A stretch of DNA of 64,000 bases from Candidatus Velthaea sp. (lineage in GTDB: Bacteria > Vulcanimicrobiota > Vulcanimicrobiia > Vulcanimicrobiales > Vulcanimicrobiaceae), in the NCBI GenBank assembly GCA_965214935.1, contig CBDCCS010000022.1, positions 640,001 to 704,000 of the forward strand, read 5' to 3'. The notes beneath the pieces are model-generated. The model was not told where the DNA came from. It saw nothing but the letters and a program-made list of their open reading frames with translations, and ran no database searches. Positions 42,226 to 54,942 of the stretch are shown one piece after another. The first letter of the stretch is position 1, and each line of letters starts with the position of its first letter. Position numbers and translations under genes: made by a program.

Positions 42226-43191
42226 TTAATTTGTCTTGATCGTCGCCGGGCCGGCAGCAAGGTCGTCCGGCGGGAGCAAGCCGATCGGCAGCTGTCCGCG
42301 CATGAACGCGGCGATCGCGCGCAGGTCGTTCGAGCGCGTTTCCGTGGCACGCCAGACAAGTGCGATCGTACGTCCCGCGCCGGCATCGTCAAGCTCGCGA
42401 TACGCAATCATCCCGTGCATCGTCGTATGTTCGGCGGCGGCCAGCAGCGGTAAGATTGCAATGCCTTCGCCGGCGGCAATCATGTGACGCAACATTTCAA
42501 GCGAACTGGCGTAACGGCTTTGGTTCGGCAAACGACGCTGATCGCAAAGCGCGAGCGTTTGATCGCGCAAACAATGACCGTCCTCCATGAGAAGCAGCGG
42601 GCCGCGCTCGAGATCGCACACACGGACCGGCCGGCTTTGCGCGAATGCATGATCGCTCGGACACGCCAACCGGAACGGCTCGAAAAACAACGGCACACCG
42701 ACCAGCCCGTCCATCGGCACGGGCGGTGCGACCAGGATCGCGTCGAGTTCGCCGTTACGCAAAGCGACCAATAACTCGCTCGTCGTTGCCTCACGTAGCC
42801 GCAAGGCGAGCCGTGGAAAACGCCGGCGCCCGAGCGCAATGACGGACGGCATGTAATACGGCCCGAGCGTCGCGATGACGCCCAGCCGCAATTCACCGGA
42901 AAGCGGCTCGGAGCTTCGCCGCGCATCTTCAAGTAAGCGGCGTGCGTCGCCGAGCAACGCCTCCGCATGTATGAGAATCGCTGCGCCGCGGACCGTCGGC
43001 TCGACTTTTCGCTTCGTCCGCTCGAACAGCGGCACGCCTAGAATTGATTCGAGCTTTCGCACCTGCTCGCTGAGCGCGGCTTGGCTAACGCCGCAGGCTT
43101 CGGCTGCCCGCCCGAAGTGGCGCTCGCGTGCGACGGCGACGGCATATTCAAGATCGCGAAGCGAAAGCGACGAGGGGGTAATCGGACGCAT
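42226..43191 (-). CDS. oxyR: H2O2-sensing LysR regulator
   Basis: LysR HTH, G+I.T.GPY, EDGHCLRDQTLALC (both redox Cys), SLE.LR.M+; divergent from katG. Confidence 0.92.
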   Translation of the reverse strand: MRPITPSSLSLRDLEYAVAVARERHFGRAAEACGVSQAALSEQVRKLESILGVPLFERTKRKVEPTVRGAAILIHAEALLGDARRLLEDARRSSEPLSGELRLGVIATLGPYYMPSVIALGRRRFPRLALRLREATTSELLVALRNGELDAILVAPPVPMDGLVGVPLFFEPFRLACPSDHAFAQSRPVRVCDLERGPLLLMEDGHCLRDQTLALCDQRRLPNQSRYASSLEMLRHMIAAGEGIAILPLLAAAEHTTMHGMIAYRELDDAGAGRTIALVWRATETRSNDLRAIAAFMRGQLPIGLLPPDDLAAGPATIKTN

Positions 43192-43324
43192 CGATCGGCA
43201 TTAATCGGATAAACCTTAAGAAACCTTTAGATAAATCGATTTCACATGCTGAGCGAAACGTGCTAACGTGACGCAATATCCCTACGAACGCAGCGATCAG
43301 CCGTAGTGACGATCGGAGAAATGA
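43192..43324. promoter_or_regulatory. oxyR-katG divergent promoter with probable OxyR site
   Basis: AT-rich segment with a repeated AAACCTT and ATCG/CGAT elements at OxyR-like spacing; position is typical. The site itself is inferred. Confidence 0.5.
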
Positions 43325-45559
<2,235 letters not shown>

Positions 45560-45570
45560 TACCGGTTGCA

Positions 45571-45606
45571 GCGCCGGCGCGGCTCTATTGAGAGCCGCGC
45601 CGGCGC
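45571..45606 (+). terminator. katG terminator hairpin
   Basis: Perfect 16-bp stem GCGCCGGCGCGGCTCT-attg-AGAGCCGCGCCGGCGC. Confidence 0.75.
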
Positions 45607-45714
45607 GTACGGACCGATCCTGCTTCAACGCGTAGCTTGTCACGACGAGCGCGCGTTTTTTTTTCCCTTGAGTCACACCCCGGACGCACAACGAATGACG
45701 GGTTTCGGCACGTG

Positions 45715-45740
45715 GAGCTAACTGTACGAGCTAACTGTAC
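45715..45740. repeat. 13-bp tandem direct repeat
   Basis: GAGCTAACTGTAC twice, head to tail. Confidence 0.8.
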
Positions 45741-45895
45741 GGCCGTGCGTGTTCGGGCGCTCGCGCCTGAGCGATGATACGCGCACCGACTCGACCGGAT
45801 CGACTCGGTGCAACGAGCGTCTCAGCGGCTGCAACGTGCAAACGCTGCAGGTGAGTCGTCCGCTGCCACTAGCGTACAACACAAGGAATGCGTCC

Positions 45896-47197
45896 ATGAT
45901 ACTCGACCTCGAATCGATCGCTCACTCACGGGTGAAGATTGCGGCCGCCGCTGCGGCCGGAACGTTTGCCGCGGTCGCCATTTGTGCGACGCATCCGGTT
46001 GCCTATGCGGCCGCACTCGTAACGGTGCAAAGCGTCGTGACGTGCGTGACGACGACGGCCTGCGTCGCCGGAACGAACGGTAGTTCCGGGCCGGGTGTTG
46101 CCGGTACGAGTAAGACCGGACTCGGCACGACCGGTACGAGCACGAGCGGCGTCGGTGTGTACGGGTTGAGTGCCTCGAGCAACGGCGTCGGCGGCACATC
46201 AACGTCGGGCTACGGTGTATCGGGTTACAGCAGCAATAGCTTCGGCGTGCAGGGCACAAGCCCGGGCAATGCCGGCGTCGTCGGAATCTCGTCAACCAAC
46301 ACCGGCATCATCGCGAAGACGACGAGCGGCGGTGAAGGCTTGTACGCCTATACGCTCGGCAGCGGCGACGGCGCCGTCGGAGCAGCCTCGAGCGGCATCG
46401 GTGTTTTGGGCGAAGCCGGCTCCGGCGACGGCGTCTGGGGTTCGGCTAACGGCAGCGGTGTCGGGACGGGCGGCACATCAAGCTCCGGCTACGGTGTGTA
46501 CGCCAGTTCGTCGTACGGCACTGCGCTTCGAGCGTACTCCGGCCAGGGCGTCGGCGTACGCTCGGATATCGCCGGCAACGGCTTCTCGATCGTCGGCACG
46601 AGTCTCAACGGGCAAGGCGCCGGCGCTGATTTTGAAGGCGGCCGCTACGGTATCGTCGGTCGCGCGGAATCAACGGGCTTTCCGCTCGTTCTTACCGATA
46701 GTAATTACAATAACGTCTTTTATGTTTCCGGTACCGGCGATGTGTTTTACCAAGGCAATTTGCAGCCGTTTCTGCGCACGAATAGCGGCGCGACGGTGGG
46801 ATCGTATACAGCAAAATTAACCCAACCGACGGTCGAAGACACCGGAAGCGCGCAGCTCAGCGGCGGCGCGGCAACGGTCATGCTCGACCCGACGTTCTCC
46901 GCCACCATCGATAGAACCGCGCCATATCGGGTCTTTCTCACACCCGACGGCGATACGCGCGGCTTATTCATAGCGGTTAAAACGACACGCGGATTTCTCG
47001 TGCGCGAAGCGCAAGGCGGTCGCTCGAATCTCGCTTTCGATTACCGTATCGTCGCGACCGGCATCGGGCAAACCGGTAAACGCATGGGCGTCGCAAGTGC
47101 CGTCGCGATGCCGCGTACGCCGGTTCCGGCGGCAGCAACCGTTAGCGAGCCGAAGCATCCGAATGATACGACGCTGCGAAATCCGGTCGGACGCTAA
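45896..47197 (+). CDS. Secreted Gly/Ser-rich repeat protein with a globular C-terminal domain
   Basis: AAGGA RBS, signal-like segment, many ~11-aa GVxGxSxSG repeats, C-terminal ED.G.A.L..G...V.LD...Y.VFLTP.G...F.VRE...FDYRIVA. Confidence 0.75.
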   Translation: MILDLESIAHSRVKIAAAAAAGTFAAVAICATHPVAYAAALVTVQSVVTCVTTTACVAGTNGSSGPGVAGTSKTGLGTTGTSTSGVGVYGLSASSNGVGGTSTSGYGVSGYSSNSFGVQGTSPGNAGVVGISSTNTGIIAKTTSGGEGLYAYTLGSGDGAVGAASSGIGVLGEAGSGDGVWGSANGSGVGTGGTSSSGYGVYASSSYGTALRAYSGQGVGVRSDIAGNGFSIVGTSLNGQGAGADFEGGRYGIVGRAESTGFPLVLTDSNYNNVFYVSGTGDVFYQGNLQPFLRTNSGATVGSYTAKLTQPTVEDTGSAQLSGGAATVMLDPTFSATIDRTAPYRVFLTPDGDTRGLFIAVKTTRGFLVREAQGGRSNLAFDYRIVATGIGQTGKRMGVASAVAMPRTPVPAAATVSEPKHPNDTTLRNPVGR

Positions 47198-47213
47198 GCT
47201 CGCCCGACCGGCG
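47180..47213 (+). repeat. Left copy of a 34-bp direct repeat (att-like/palindromic)
   Basis: AATCCGGTCGGACGCTAAGCTCGCCCGACCGGCG, identical to 59077-59110; contains a CCGGTCGG...CCGACCGG inverted repeat. Confidence 0.9.
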
Positions 47214-47689
47214 TTAGTACGTAGGTCACGCGCTTTACACTCGTCGAACGCGCTCAAAGAACTCGGTATAGCTTCGTTCGCTGCTGCCTCTTCGACAATA
47301 TTAAAACGTGGTTTGTTAGTGTTCCAAGTGGAAGCCGCCGGCACAAGTCTGCACTACGATCGGTTTTCATTCCAGCCACACGCGAACCTCGCGATTCGCC
47401 GCGCGACGTCAACGAGTTCGTTTTGCGATGTTGCAGAATGGCTATACTCGAAACGGCGCACAAATCTTTTACCGTAGAGCCGTAATGCGTGGCTAAGTCG
47501 ATTAGGGATTGTACCGGTTTTGTCTATGAGCACCCACATGCTGCAGTAGCAAGTGCGCGCGTCGAGTTGCCTTGTAGTGATAAGCGTGATTTGTTGCTTA
47601 CGATGACGCGAGATCGTTGCGTCAAAAAAATTTAGAACGGTGCATGCAGCACGCATTCAAATCTCGACTGAAAGATCGTTCAACACTTG

Positions 47690-48070
47690 CTCGACCGCTC
47701 GTCGTCCGGTGCGCTCTCGCTTGCGATCAGCTGCAAGAGCGCGTGCGCTTTTCCCAGCGCAGCTACGTGCTCGACCTTTGCAATCGCCGTTGTAGGCATT
47801 CATTCGCTTTGCGGAGCCGGATGATTTCGGCAGCTCGCGGGTTCGCCGGCCGACGTCGTTCATTTGCGGCTTAGCTATAAACGCCGGATCTGCGCATATT
47901 GCTGCACGCTCGAGGGGCGTATAGGCTGCTTCGTAGTCGAACAGGATCCGAGCTTATCGGCGGCGTTAAACGCTCGAAGCTTAGCCTGCGGGCGGACTTC
48001 GGTCGACATGGGTGATCCTTGATCGCCCTCACTTATTTATCCGGCTAGCCGGTCTCATTCAGTATAGACA
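47690..48070 (-). mobile_element. Degenerate IS3-family transposase orfA remnant
   Basis: From ATG 48009, across frameshifts: MSTEVRPQAKLRAFNAADK / RILFDYEAA.TP.ERAAI / RRSGVYS / PANPRAAEIIRLRKANE / GKAHALLQLI. A possible TGTC terminus lies at 48070; no orfB. Confidence 0.65.
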
Positions 48071-48295
48071 TTAAAGCGATTGCCATTGGTCAGCACTCTC
48101 CGTAAACGACCCACCATTAAATTGGATCGTTACAAACCGCAGTAATCGTCGACTAATCGGGATACTTAGCGTTAGGCTTTTTCCGGCAATTCTGTCGTAA
48201 GTAGTGAAACCGCGGCGACCGCCGCCTTGCAACTCACTTAGCGTAACGCGTGGCGGCGGTCCAACAGAAATTCACTACTTATTGACTGAAATACG

Positions 48296-48316
48296 GCGCC
48301 GCACTAAGTGCGGCGC
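48296..48316 (-). terminator. Hairpin after the 48321 gene
   Basis: GCGCCGCAC-taa-GTGCGGCGC. Confidence 0.55.
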
Positions 48317-48320
48317 TATC

Positions 48321-49556
48321 TTACAATTGGCCAGGAGGTTGAGGAATGACTGGACCGACCGGTCGAGTTTCCGTAAACGCAAGAGCGGGGCAATTGATGA
48401 CGATATTTTCCGGCGCGAGCGGCAGTACGCCCCCGGGAGACGTCACGATTTTGCGCACGGAGAGTTCACGGAACTCGTTGGCATCGGTCACTGCCCCGTT
48501 TGCCCCGGCCGCAACCGCGGTAGGGGTGAACACGCCGATTTGCAGATCCCACAGGGGACTGTACCCGAGCGCTTGTGCGCGATCGGCAACGGGCCACTCG
48601 TCCAGAATGTTGTGAGCATCGCCGCCCTTTAGCAGCGCCTCGCTAACGATGCCGTCGCGGAGATTAGCATCGATGGTGCCCGCGCCGCTTACGATGACGT
48701 GAGCGAGACCCTGTCCCGGGGGGCTCGGGTTTTGAAGCTTACCGTTTGCCGACGCGAAGATTTCAGCTCGCGCGGATTGCTGGGGATAACCTCCGCCGCC
48801 GGGAAACTGTGAAAAACCTAAAGCCGGCACGTAAGTCGACCGTTCGATCGTTGCAGTAGCCGGTTCGGACGCTTCGGAACTTAAATACAAAATCGGCTTT
48901 CCAAAGACAAACCCACGAATAAACAGCAAGTCGACGGTCATCTTGTTGGTATCGATCGCGAGGGTGCGATCTGACGTATTGGTATGAGTTGTTACGTCGA
49001 ACGGAGCGTTGCCCGTAGCGACGATCGTCGCATTGTACACGATGTCGCTTCCTGCGACGCGTACGAATGGACTGTAGTGCAGATCGGCTACGGCACCCGG
49101 CTGTGTATACGCGGGCGGGAACGCTGTCGGCCCCGGCCCGAGAAGCCGCATCGGTCGGAAATCGGGAATGCCGGCGAACTCAACGTTCGGAATCTTATAA
49201 GCGCCGACGTTCGTACCGGTGGCGTGCGAGAAGGTTACGGTTTGCACGCAACCCGGACAACCGTTGGAAAGCGTCGCAAGTCTCGGTGAGAAATTCACAC
49301 CTAAGGTGCGCGCGACGCCCTCGCTGGACGCATCGGTTATGACGTAGTACACCGGCTCACCGCGAAAACTGCCTCGATGAAGCGGCAGGGTAGCCGTTCC
49401 TTTGGTGAGATTGATGCGCAACGTACTCGTTAGAGTAAATTTCGATCTCGGTAAGAATTGATCGCCGTAGCTTGTCTGTGTCGCGGCGGCTCCTGCGATC
49501 GGCACGGCAAAGAGTGTTGACGCCAGCAAGATCGCGGCGCTCGATTCAATATTCAA
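48321..49556 (-). CDS. Secreted protein of unknown function (paralog of 51286-52554)
   Basis: Probable TTG start after an AG-rich RBS, signal peptide, motifs LPLHRG, ITDAS, GCPGCVQTV, YSPLWD, INC. Confidence 0.78.
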   Translation of the reverse strand: MNIESSAAILLASTLFAVPIAGAAATQTSYGDQFLPRSKFTLTSTLRINLTKGTATLPLHRGSFRGEPVYYVITDASSEGVARTLGVNFSPRLATLSNGCPGCVQTVTFSHATGTNVGAYKIPNVEFAGIPDFRPMRLLGPGPTAFPPAYTQPGAVADLHYSPFVRVAGSDIVYNATIVATGNAPFDVTTHTNTSDRTLAIDTNKMTVDLLFIRGFVFGKPILYLSSEASEPATATIERSTYVPALGFSQFPGGGGYPQQSARAEIFASANGKLQNPSPPGQGLAHVIVSGAGTIDANLRDGIVSEALLKGGDAHNILDEWPVADRAQALGYSPLWDLQIGVFTPTAVAAGANGAVTDANEFRELSVRKIVTSPGGVLPLAPENIVINCPALAFTETRPVGPVIPQPPGQL

Positions 49557-50619
49557 GGGCTTTTCTTTCTTCGTGCAATTAAGCCGACAATAGAACTTTG
49601 GTGAATCGCGGAGTCGCTCGAAAAGGAGGGACAGATTTGCATCAGACCGTTTATGATCTGCGGAGCGTAGCGTCGGCTTTGATTTGCACGTTGTCGCGAT
49701 TTGAGGCTTCAACATGTTCATACGCACTCTTCATTTCCATGCGCCCGACGTTTCGTATGCGTCTTATCAACCATCATAATATTCTTCGTCTTCGCATTCA
49801 CACAACGAGGAGGTCGTCCGCGCGCATTTGGCACGATCGCTTAACCATGCATGCTATCCATTGCAAAGACCGGCAAGCCTGAAATGACGACGGTAGCAAC
49901 GAACGTGAGCGGGACGGTCGATCGGTTCATGTAAACCCGAACAAAACGACGCGCTCGACGGCTCGCCCGATCTGATTTAACGATTGCATCATATATTAGC
50001 CAACAGTTAGGACGCGGTAAGCTAGCTTACAGCGGTGCTCATGTCGCATAGGCCGTGCAAGGGCCAGCGCAAATCTTAATATAAACGGGCCAGTTTTACT
50101 GCAAGTTCGGCGGTGCAAAGATGTTCTCTCGCTCTGAAAAAGCGGATGGTGACTTGTCGATTTCTGTAGGCCGAATTAGCATAGGCGGCAGGCTCGATCT
50201 GCAACGGTGCGGGTCGTCCTTCAACCGCTCCGAATGCGCCGCGTAGGCTGCATTAAGTGCTGCCTGACGGCGCGCCGTCTCCACTTTGACGTGACTATGA
50301 TCAATGCCGGAGGGAATAAGTAGCCGGATACTACGGTACTGACGCTCGTTACGTCGAGTGGCGCAAGGAATATATGATTCGCTGCGTGGATCGAGCCGGG
50401 CGTTCAGCGAATCTGCTGAGGTGCAAACTATATCGGAATCACAGCGTCGATTCACGCTTCCTATGTTAGACCATATACAGCGGGTACAATCACAGGCGCA
50501 GTAGCGCCTCGGTAAGCGTCGGCGGCGCTTGCTTGCGGCGAGGTCACGCGCTTCCCGTTCGCGGCCTGTTGGGGCATCAAGCGAATCGTTGGAAATCCCG
50601 CGATGTCGTACGTCGCCGA

Positions 50620-50860
50620 TGTAGGCAAACGAAAATGTGCGGACGCCATTGATCTTGATGATGCGGTAAGCCGCGACCGTCACAGCGATTCCGCCGGCGA
50701 ACAGCACGGCCGAGAGCGGATAGCCGAGGTTCGACGCGTTCGCCGATCACATCGCCCGCTAAACTTCCCAATGCGAACGTGCACAGGATCGCTGCCCAAC
50801 AGAATCCTTCGCGTTTGATCGTGTGGATATCGCGCACGGAAAGTTCCGCCCGCTCACGCA
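50620..50860 (-). pseudogene. DUF347/COG4705 membrane protein fragment
   Basis: LSV..IHT..REGFCWAAILCTFALG..AGD, then after a frameshift LFAGGIA...NGV..F.FAYI. Confidence 0.6.
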
Positions 50861-51285
50861 CCTGATCGTGAAGATGACGAGCAGAGCAACGGTTCAGTAA
50901 CAATTGCTTGGTCGCCGTTTGAAAAAAAAACGCTCCGGATGCGCGCATACGCAGTATCGTATACGACTTGCCATCGTTGCGCTTTTCTTCAACGTGACTG
51001 ATTTGGACGGTGCACCTTACGATGGAAGCGGCAACTGGTTCACGGTACCAAATTTGGCCGAACATTATCGCAAATCCCGGATTTCGTGCCGCGCCACCCG
51101 AGCGACGTTATTACAGGTAAGCGACGGTGAGCTAAAGTGGTCGTTTACAGAACGCTTTCGCAGCCGCCGACATTTTGTTTAGCTCACAATGGCAGGGCAA
51201 GAGCCTCACGTTTTATTCCCCTCTAAAGCCTCGATTGCCGGGCTCGTTGCGCCTCCGGCAACCTACTTCAACCGCAATTCAAGCG

Positions 51286-52554
51286 TCAGGGGATTTGTTG
51301 ATAATCGGTGTCCGTCGTGTCTTTGAGCGGCGCCTCCTCGAGATATGCTACGGGCGCGCAATTGATCACGAAACCAGCGGAGCCAAACTTCATGCCCATG
51401 GGTCCCGTCATCAGGCCAGCTTTTACCACGGCGAGCATTTGGTTTTCATCGTTTAGTTGCCGTACTTTGCCTTGCGCGATAGCTTGCGGAGTCCATTCTC
51501 CGACCTGAGCATCCCACAGCGGGCTATAAGAAAACTCATGCCGCGGCTGCGCGCGCAACGGGAAGTCACCTTGAATATTGTTTGACGTACGAATGTCGGC
51601 AGTGTTCGCGGGCGTAATATCCTGAGCCAGATTGCCATCGAGCGACGCGTAAATGAAGCCTTGTGCTTGACCGTCGGATGCATTTTGATCGTACGCGCGT
51701 GCCTGCGCTTTTCGCGGGCCGTTTGCTACGGCAAAAATACGTTCACGTGCCGATCCGGCGAAGTCGTCACCGCCGACGTATGGTGCGTTCGCAAGGAGCG
51801 GGACGTACGTTGCCCTCTCGAGCGTTGCGGCCATTGCATCCGATGCTTCGGTACTGAGATAGAGAATTGGCTGTCCCGAATCGAAACCGTGCGACAAGAC
51901 CATCGTCACTTCCGGCCCGTCGGCATCATAATCAGGCGTCGAATCGAGGGCGACGACATGATCTTGCGTGTTGGTATGATGAACGAAGTCAAACGGCCCA
52001 TCTCCAACCGCCACGATTGGCGCGTTGTAGATCACGTCGGATCCGGTAATCCGAATGAAAGGGGAGTAATTGCTATCACCCACCGCCCCGGGTTGAAATT
52101 TCGCCGGCGGAAAACCTGTCGCGCCCGAATTCCAGATTCGCTCGGGCGAAAAGTCGGGAGCGCCCGCAAAATCGACGATGGCTGGAGCAAATTTGCTGTC
52201 TTTTGCAACGGGTTCCAGCGAAACGGTCTGCACACATTTGGGGCAACCGATCGCCATATTTCGCAGCTTCGGGGAATACATAATGTTAAGGTCGCGCGCA
52301 ATGCCTAAGTCAGACGCGTCCGTCATGATAAACCAGACCGTTTGGCCGTTGTGCTTTCCCTTATGAAGTTGCAAAACGGCGGTTTGCTTGACCGGATCAA
52401 CATTTCGCGCCGATTCGAGTGAGAGATGGTCCTTCGGAAGGAACGTCGGGCCCGCATCGACGCGTGAATGGTGGTCAATTGCGACAGCCGCTGTAACCAC
52501 TACCGCGGTAATCCCAGCGAATATAAGCTTGTTATATAAGTGATTTGTTCTCAT
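51286..52554 (-). CDS. Secreted/membrane-anchored protein of unknown function (paralog of 48321-49556)
   Basis: N-terminal hydrophobic segment, LQLHKG, MTDAS, GCPKCVQTV, YSPLWD, INC. Confidence 0.82.
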   Translation of the reverse strand: MRTNHLYNKLIFAGITAVVVTAAVAIDHHSRVDAGPTFLPKDHLSLESARNVDPVKQTAVLQLHKGKHNGQTVWFIMTDASDLGIARDLNIMYSPKLRNMAIGCPKCVQTVSLEPVAKDSKFAPAIVDFAGAPDFSPERIWNSGATGFPPAKFQPGAVGDSNYSPFIRITGSDVIYNAPIVAVGDGPFDFVHHTNTQDHVVALDSTPDYDADGPEVTMVLSHGFDSGQPILYLSTEASDAMAATLERATYVPLLANAPYVGGDDFAGSARERIFAVANGPRKAQARAYDQNASDGQAQGFIYASLDGNLAQDITPANTADIRTSNNIQGDFPLRAQPRHEFSYSPLWDAQVGEWTPQAIAQGKVRQLNDENQMLAVVKAGLMTGPMGMKFGSAGFVINCAPVAYLEEAPLKDTTDTDYQQIP

Positions 52555-52664
52555 AGTGACGACACTATAATAGAATTAGTCAACTGCGTGTAAGCTAGGC
52601 GACGTTATGCGCGTTTTCGCAGCCGACGTTCAGCCGAGGTGGTAACTGCAAGGGGAAAATCACG

Positions 52665-52692
52665 GCGTTCCACGCCGCTAAGCGTGGAACGC
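52665..52692 (-). terminator. Hairpin after the Met-rich gene
   Basis: GCGTTCCACGC-cgctaa-GCGTGGAACGC. Confidence 0.6.
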
Positions 52693-52713
52693 TTGCAGCG
52701 CGTAGCCGGATCG

Positions 52714-53016
52714 CTACATTTTAGATCCCATCTTCATGGCGCCCATCGCCTTAGCGTCGGACATGCACATCATCTTCATATGATTCTTCATCATCATGGC
52801 GTGCATCTTGGAGTCTGACATTCCCGCCATTTTCATCTTCATCTGATCGTGGGTCATATATTGTTTGTGCATTGTGTTGACACCCACGACTGGATCGCCC
52901 GCAGCGCACGTGGGCTTCATCATCATTGAGCTATGCATACTGTCCATAGCGCTAACCGCGCTGAAAGGCAACATTGCCAGAGCGGCCACGAAACCAGCAA
53001 CCGTCAAACATCTCAT
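52714..53016 (-). CDS. Small secreted Met-rich protein
   Basis: AAGGA RBS, signal peptide, about 25 Met in 100 aa, several His, two Cys in the mature part. Confidence 0.8.
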   Translation of the reverse strand: MRCLTVAGFVAALAMLPFSAVSAMDSMHSSMMMKPTCAAGDPVVGVNTMHKQYMTHDQMKMKMAGMSDSKMHAMMMKNHMKMMCMSDAKAMGAMKMGSKM

Positions 53017-53188
53017 AAAATTTTCCTTATAATTCCGGCACCAAGGGCGTTGCGCAGCCCACAAGCGCCATGGGATAGGTGAAAAAAAACCGACAGTCTG
53101 CCAGGGGCGTTATGACGGCTTGGTATCTAGGGTACAGCAAAATTAGGCCCGGTGTCTGTATGATTGCCTACAAGTCGCGCCACGGCTC

Positions 53189-54157
53189 TCACTTTTCCCG
53201 TAGCTTGCGCGCAGCTACGGACGTCAGTGGCTTTGGCTCGGCCAGCGCGGAATCGCAAAGCGCCCCTTCAATAACAAGCCTACATCGATAGGGTCTGCGA
53301 TCGGCGATAGAATAGTAAAGCCAAACGTCGCCGGCCGGATCGATTATTGCAGAAGCCGCGAAGGCAATATCGGTTTCTCCTGGTTCGAGTCCAGACGGAC
53401 TAACCAAAGGTACTGCTGGTCGCTCGAGGACAGCCGTTCCTGCGCAGTTCAAGAGCACATAATTGACCCGCCACGCCGTTTCTTTGGATGAACCGTTATA
53501 AAACAAAACGTGTGTGCCGTCAGTGCGGCGGATCGCCGACGACGGACTAAGATGCCACGAGTCAAATTCTCCGACGCGCTGTTTGATCGGAGAGTTAGCA
53601 TACACCCATGGGCCAGCAAGCGTTGGCGCATCCGCGGCACCAATGTGTGACGCTCCGTCGCGGGCATATTCGAAGAACATCCGGTAACCGGTTGTGGTAA
53701 GGATCAGGGCAGCCTCTTTCGGGTTCGCGTAAGCCGAGCTATACGGTAAGACTTGCCCTGTCTTAAGAAGCGCCGCGAGCGATTGTCCGGTCGCCGAAAG
53801 CATCGACGATTGATTGGTCTGAGCGCTATAACCGGAATAAAAAACGCGAAAGAGCGTTTCCTCGCGAACAACGGTCGGATCTTCGCAGCCTGCACCATCG
53901 GGATCAGCCGCACTACCGGGACCGATCGTCTCCGATCCCACAGCGAAGGTCAAGCCATCATCGCTCGTGGCATAGTGTATCCGTGACACTTTTTTCGACG
54001 GATTAGCATTCTGATTCACAAGCCGTAAGAGCATCTCGTATTTTCTCGGCCCAAACGTGACGAACGGACTAAGTACGAAGAAGTCTTGAAGATTTGCAGG
54101 AAGCTGCAACGAGAGCAATTCGGGCTCACCGCTGACTTCTATCGGTTGCATGGTCAC
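53189..54157 (-). CDS. Five-bladed beta-propeller glycosidase/phosphorylase (GH130/GH43-like)
   Basis: SRI.YA.S.DG..F, GCEDP.V, NPKEA, LYYS.AD; 4-bp overlap with the SDR gene. Confidence 0.7.
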   Translation of the reverse strand: MTMQPIEVSGEPELLSLQLPANLQDFFVLSPFVTFGPRKYEMLLRLVNQNANPSKKVSRIHYATSDDGLTFAVGSETIGPGSAADPDGAGCEDPTVVREETLFRVFYSGYSAQTNQSSMLSATGQSLAALLKTGQVLPYSSAYANPKEAALILTTTGYRMFFEYARDGASHIGAADAPTLAGPWVYANSPIKQRVGEFDSWHLSPSSAIRRTDGTHVLFYNGSSKETAWRVNYVLLNCAGTAVLERPAVPLVSPSGLEPGETDIAFAASAIIDPAGDVWLYYSIADRRPYRCRLVIEGALCDSALAEPKPLTSVAARKLREK

Positions 54158-54942
54158 GCGCCCTGGCCCGTGTTCTGCATAAGGCCACCGTCCATGACAT
54201 ACGTCGATCCGGTTACATAGTCTGCCGCAGGCGATGCCAAAAATAGTGCGAGTTCCGCAACCTCTTCGGGTCGACCGGCTCGCTTTAGCGGAATCGTTTC
54301 TTCGTCCGACTTGAGTTTCGCTGGATCATCAATATCTGCTTGGTTCATTGGCGTCAGGATCATGCCGGGCGCTATCGCGTTGATTGTAATCTTTTGCGGT
54401 GCTAGTTCGAGCGCTAAGGCGCGCATCAGATTGCGCAAGCCACCCTTACTGGCGCAATATTCAGCCGCACCGGCGCGCGGGATCTCTTCGTGCACAGAAC
54501 TAATATTTATTATCTTCGCACCAGCACCGTTCGCTGCAAGGCCCCGCAAGAATGCTCGGATGCACAGGAACGGGCCGGTGAGGTTGGTTCGGATCGCAGC
54601 ATCCCACTCAGCCAACGTCATGTCAGTAACATTTTTGCCAAGTGCGTCAACGCCAGCGTCATTGACCAGAATGGTCGGCATCCCGACAGCACGGCGAGCT
54701 TCCTCAAAGGCAGCATCGACGGAAATCTCATCGCCGACGTCCGAAATTACGACGTGGCCTCGATTACCCGTAATCGAGACCTTCTCGAGAGTGCCGCGAA
54801 CGCGGTCGTCATCTGTATGCGCACCTAAAATGATGCGCGCACCTGCCTGCGCGAATCTCACCGCGATGGCTGCGCCGATGCCCGATGCGGCACCAGTAAC
54901 AAAGACAACCTTCTCGTCGAGGACGGCGTTTTGATCTTTCAC
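54154..54942 (-). CDS. SDR oxidoreductase, glucose 1-dehydrogenase-like
   Basis: TGAASGIG, N.SSVHE.IP, YCASKGG, IAPG.I.TPMN. Confidence 0.9.
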   Translation of the reverse strand: MKDQNAVLDEKVVFVTGAASGIGAAIAVRFAQAGARIILGAHTDDDRVRGTLEKVSITGNRGHVVISDVGDEISVDAAFEEARRAVGMPTILVNDAGVDALGKNVTDMTLAEWDAAIRTNLTGPFLCIRAFLRGLAANGAGAKIINISSVHEEIPRAGAAEYCASKGGLRNLMRALALELAPQKITINAIAPGMILTPMNQADIDDPAKLKSDEETIPLKRAGRPEEVAELALFLASPAADYVTGSTYVMDGGLMQNTGQGA

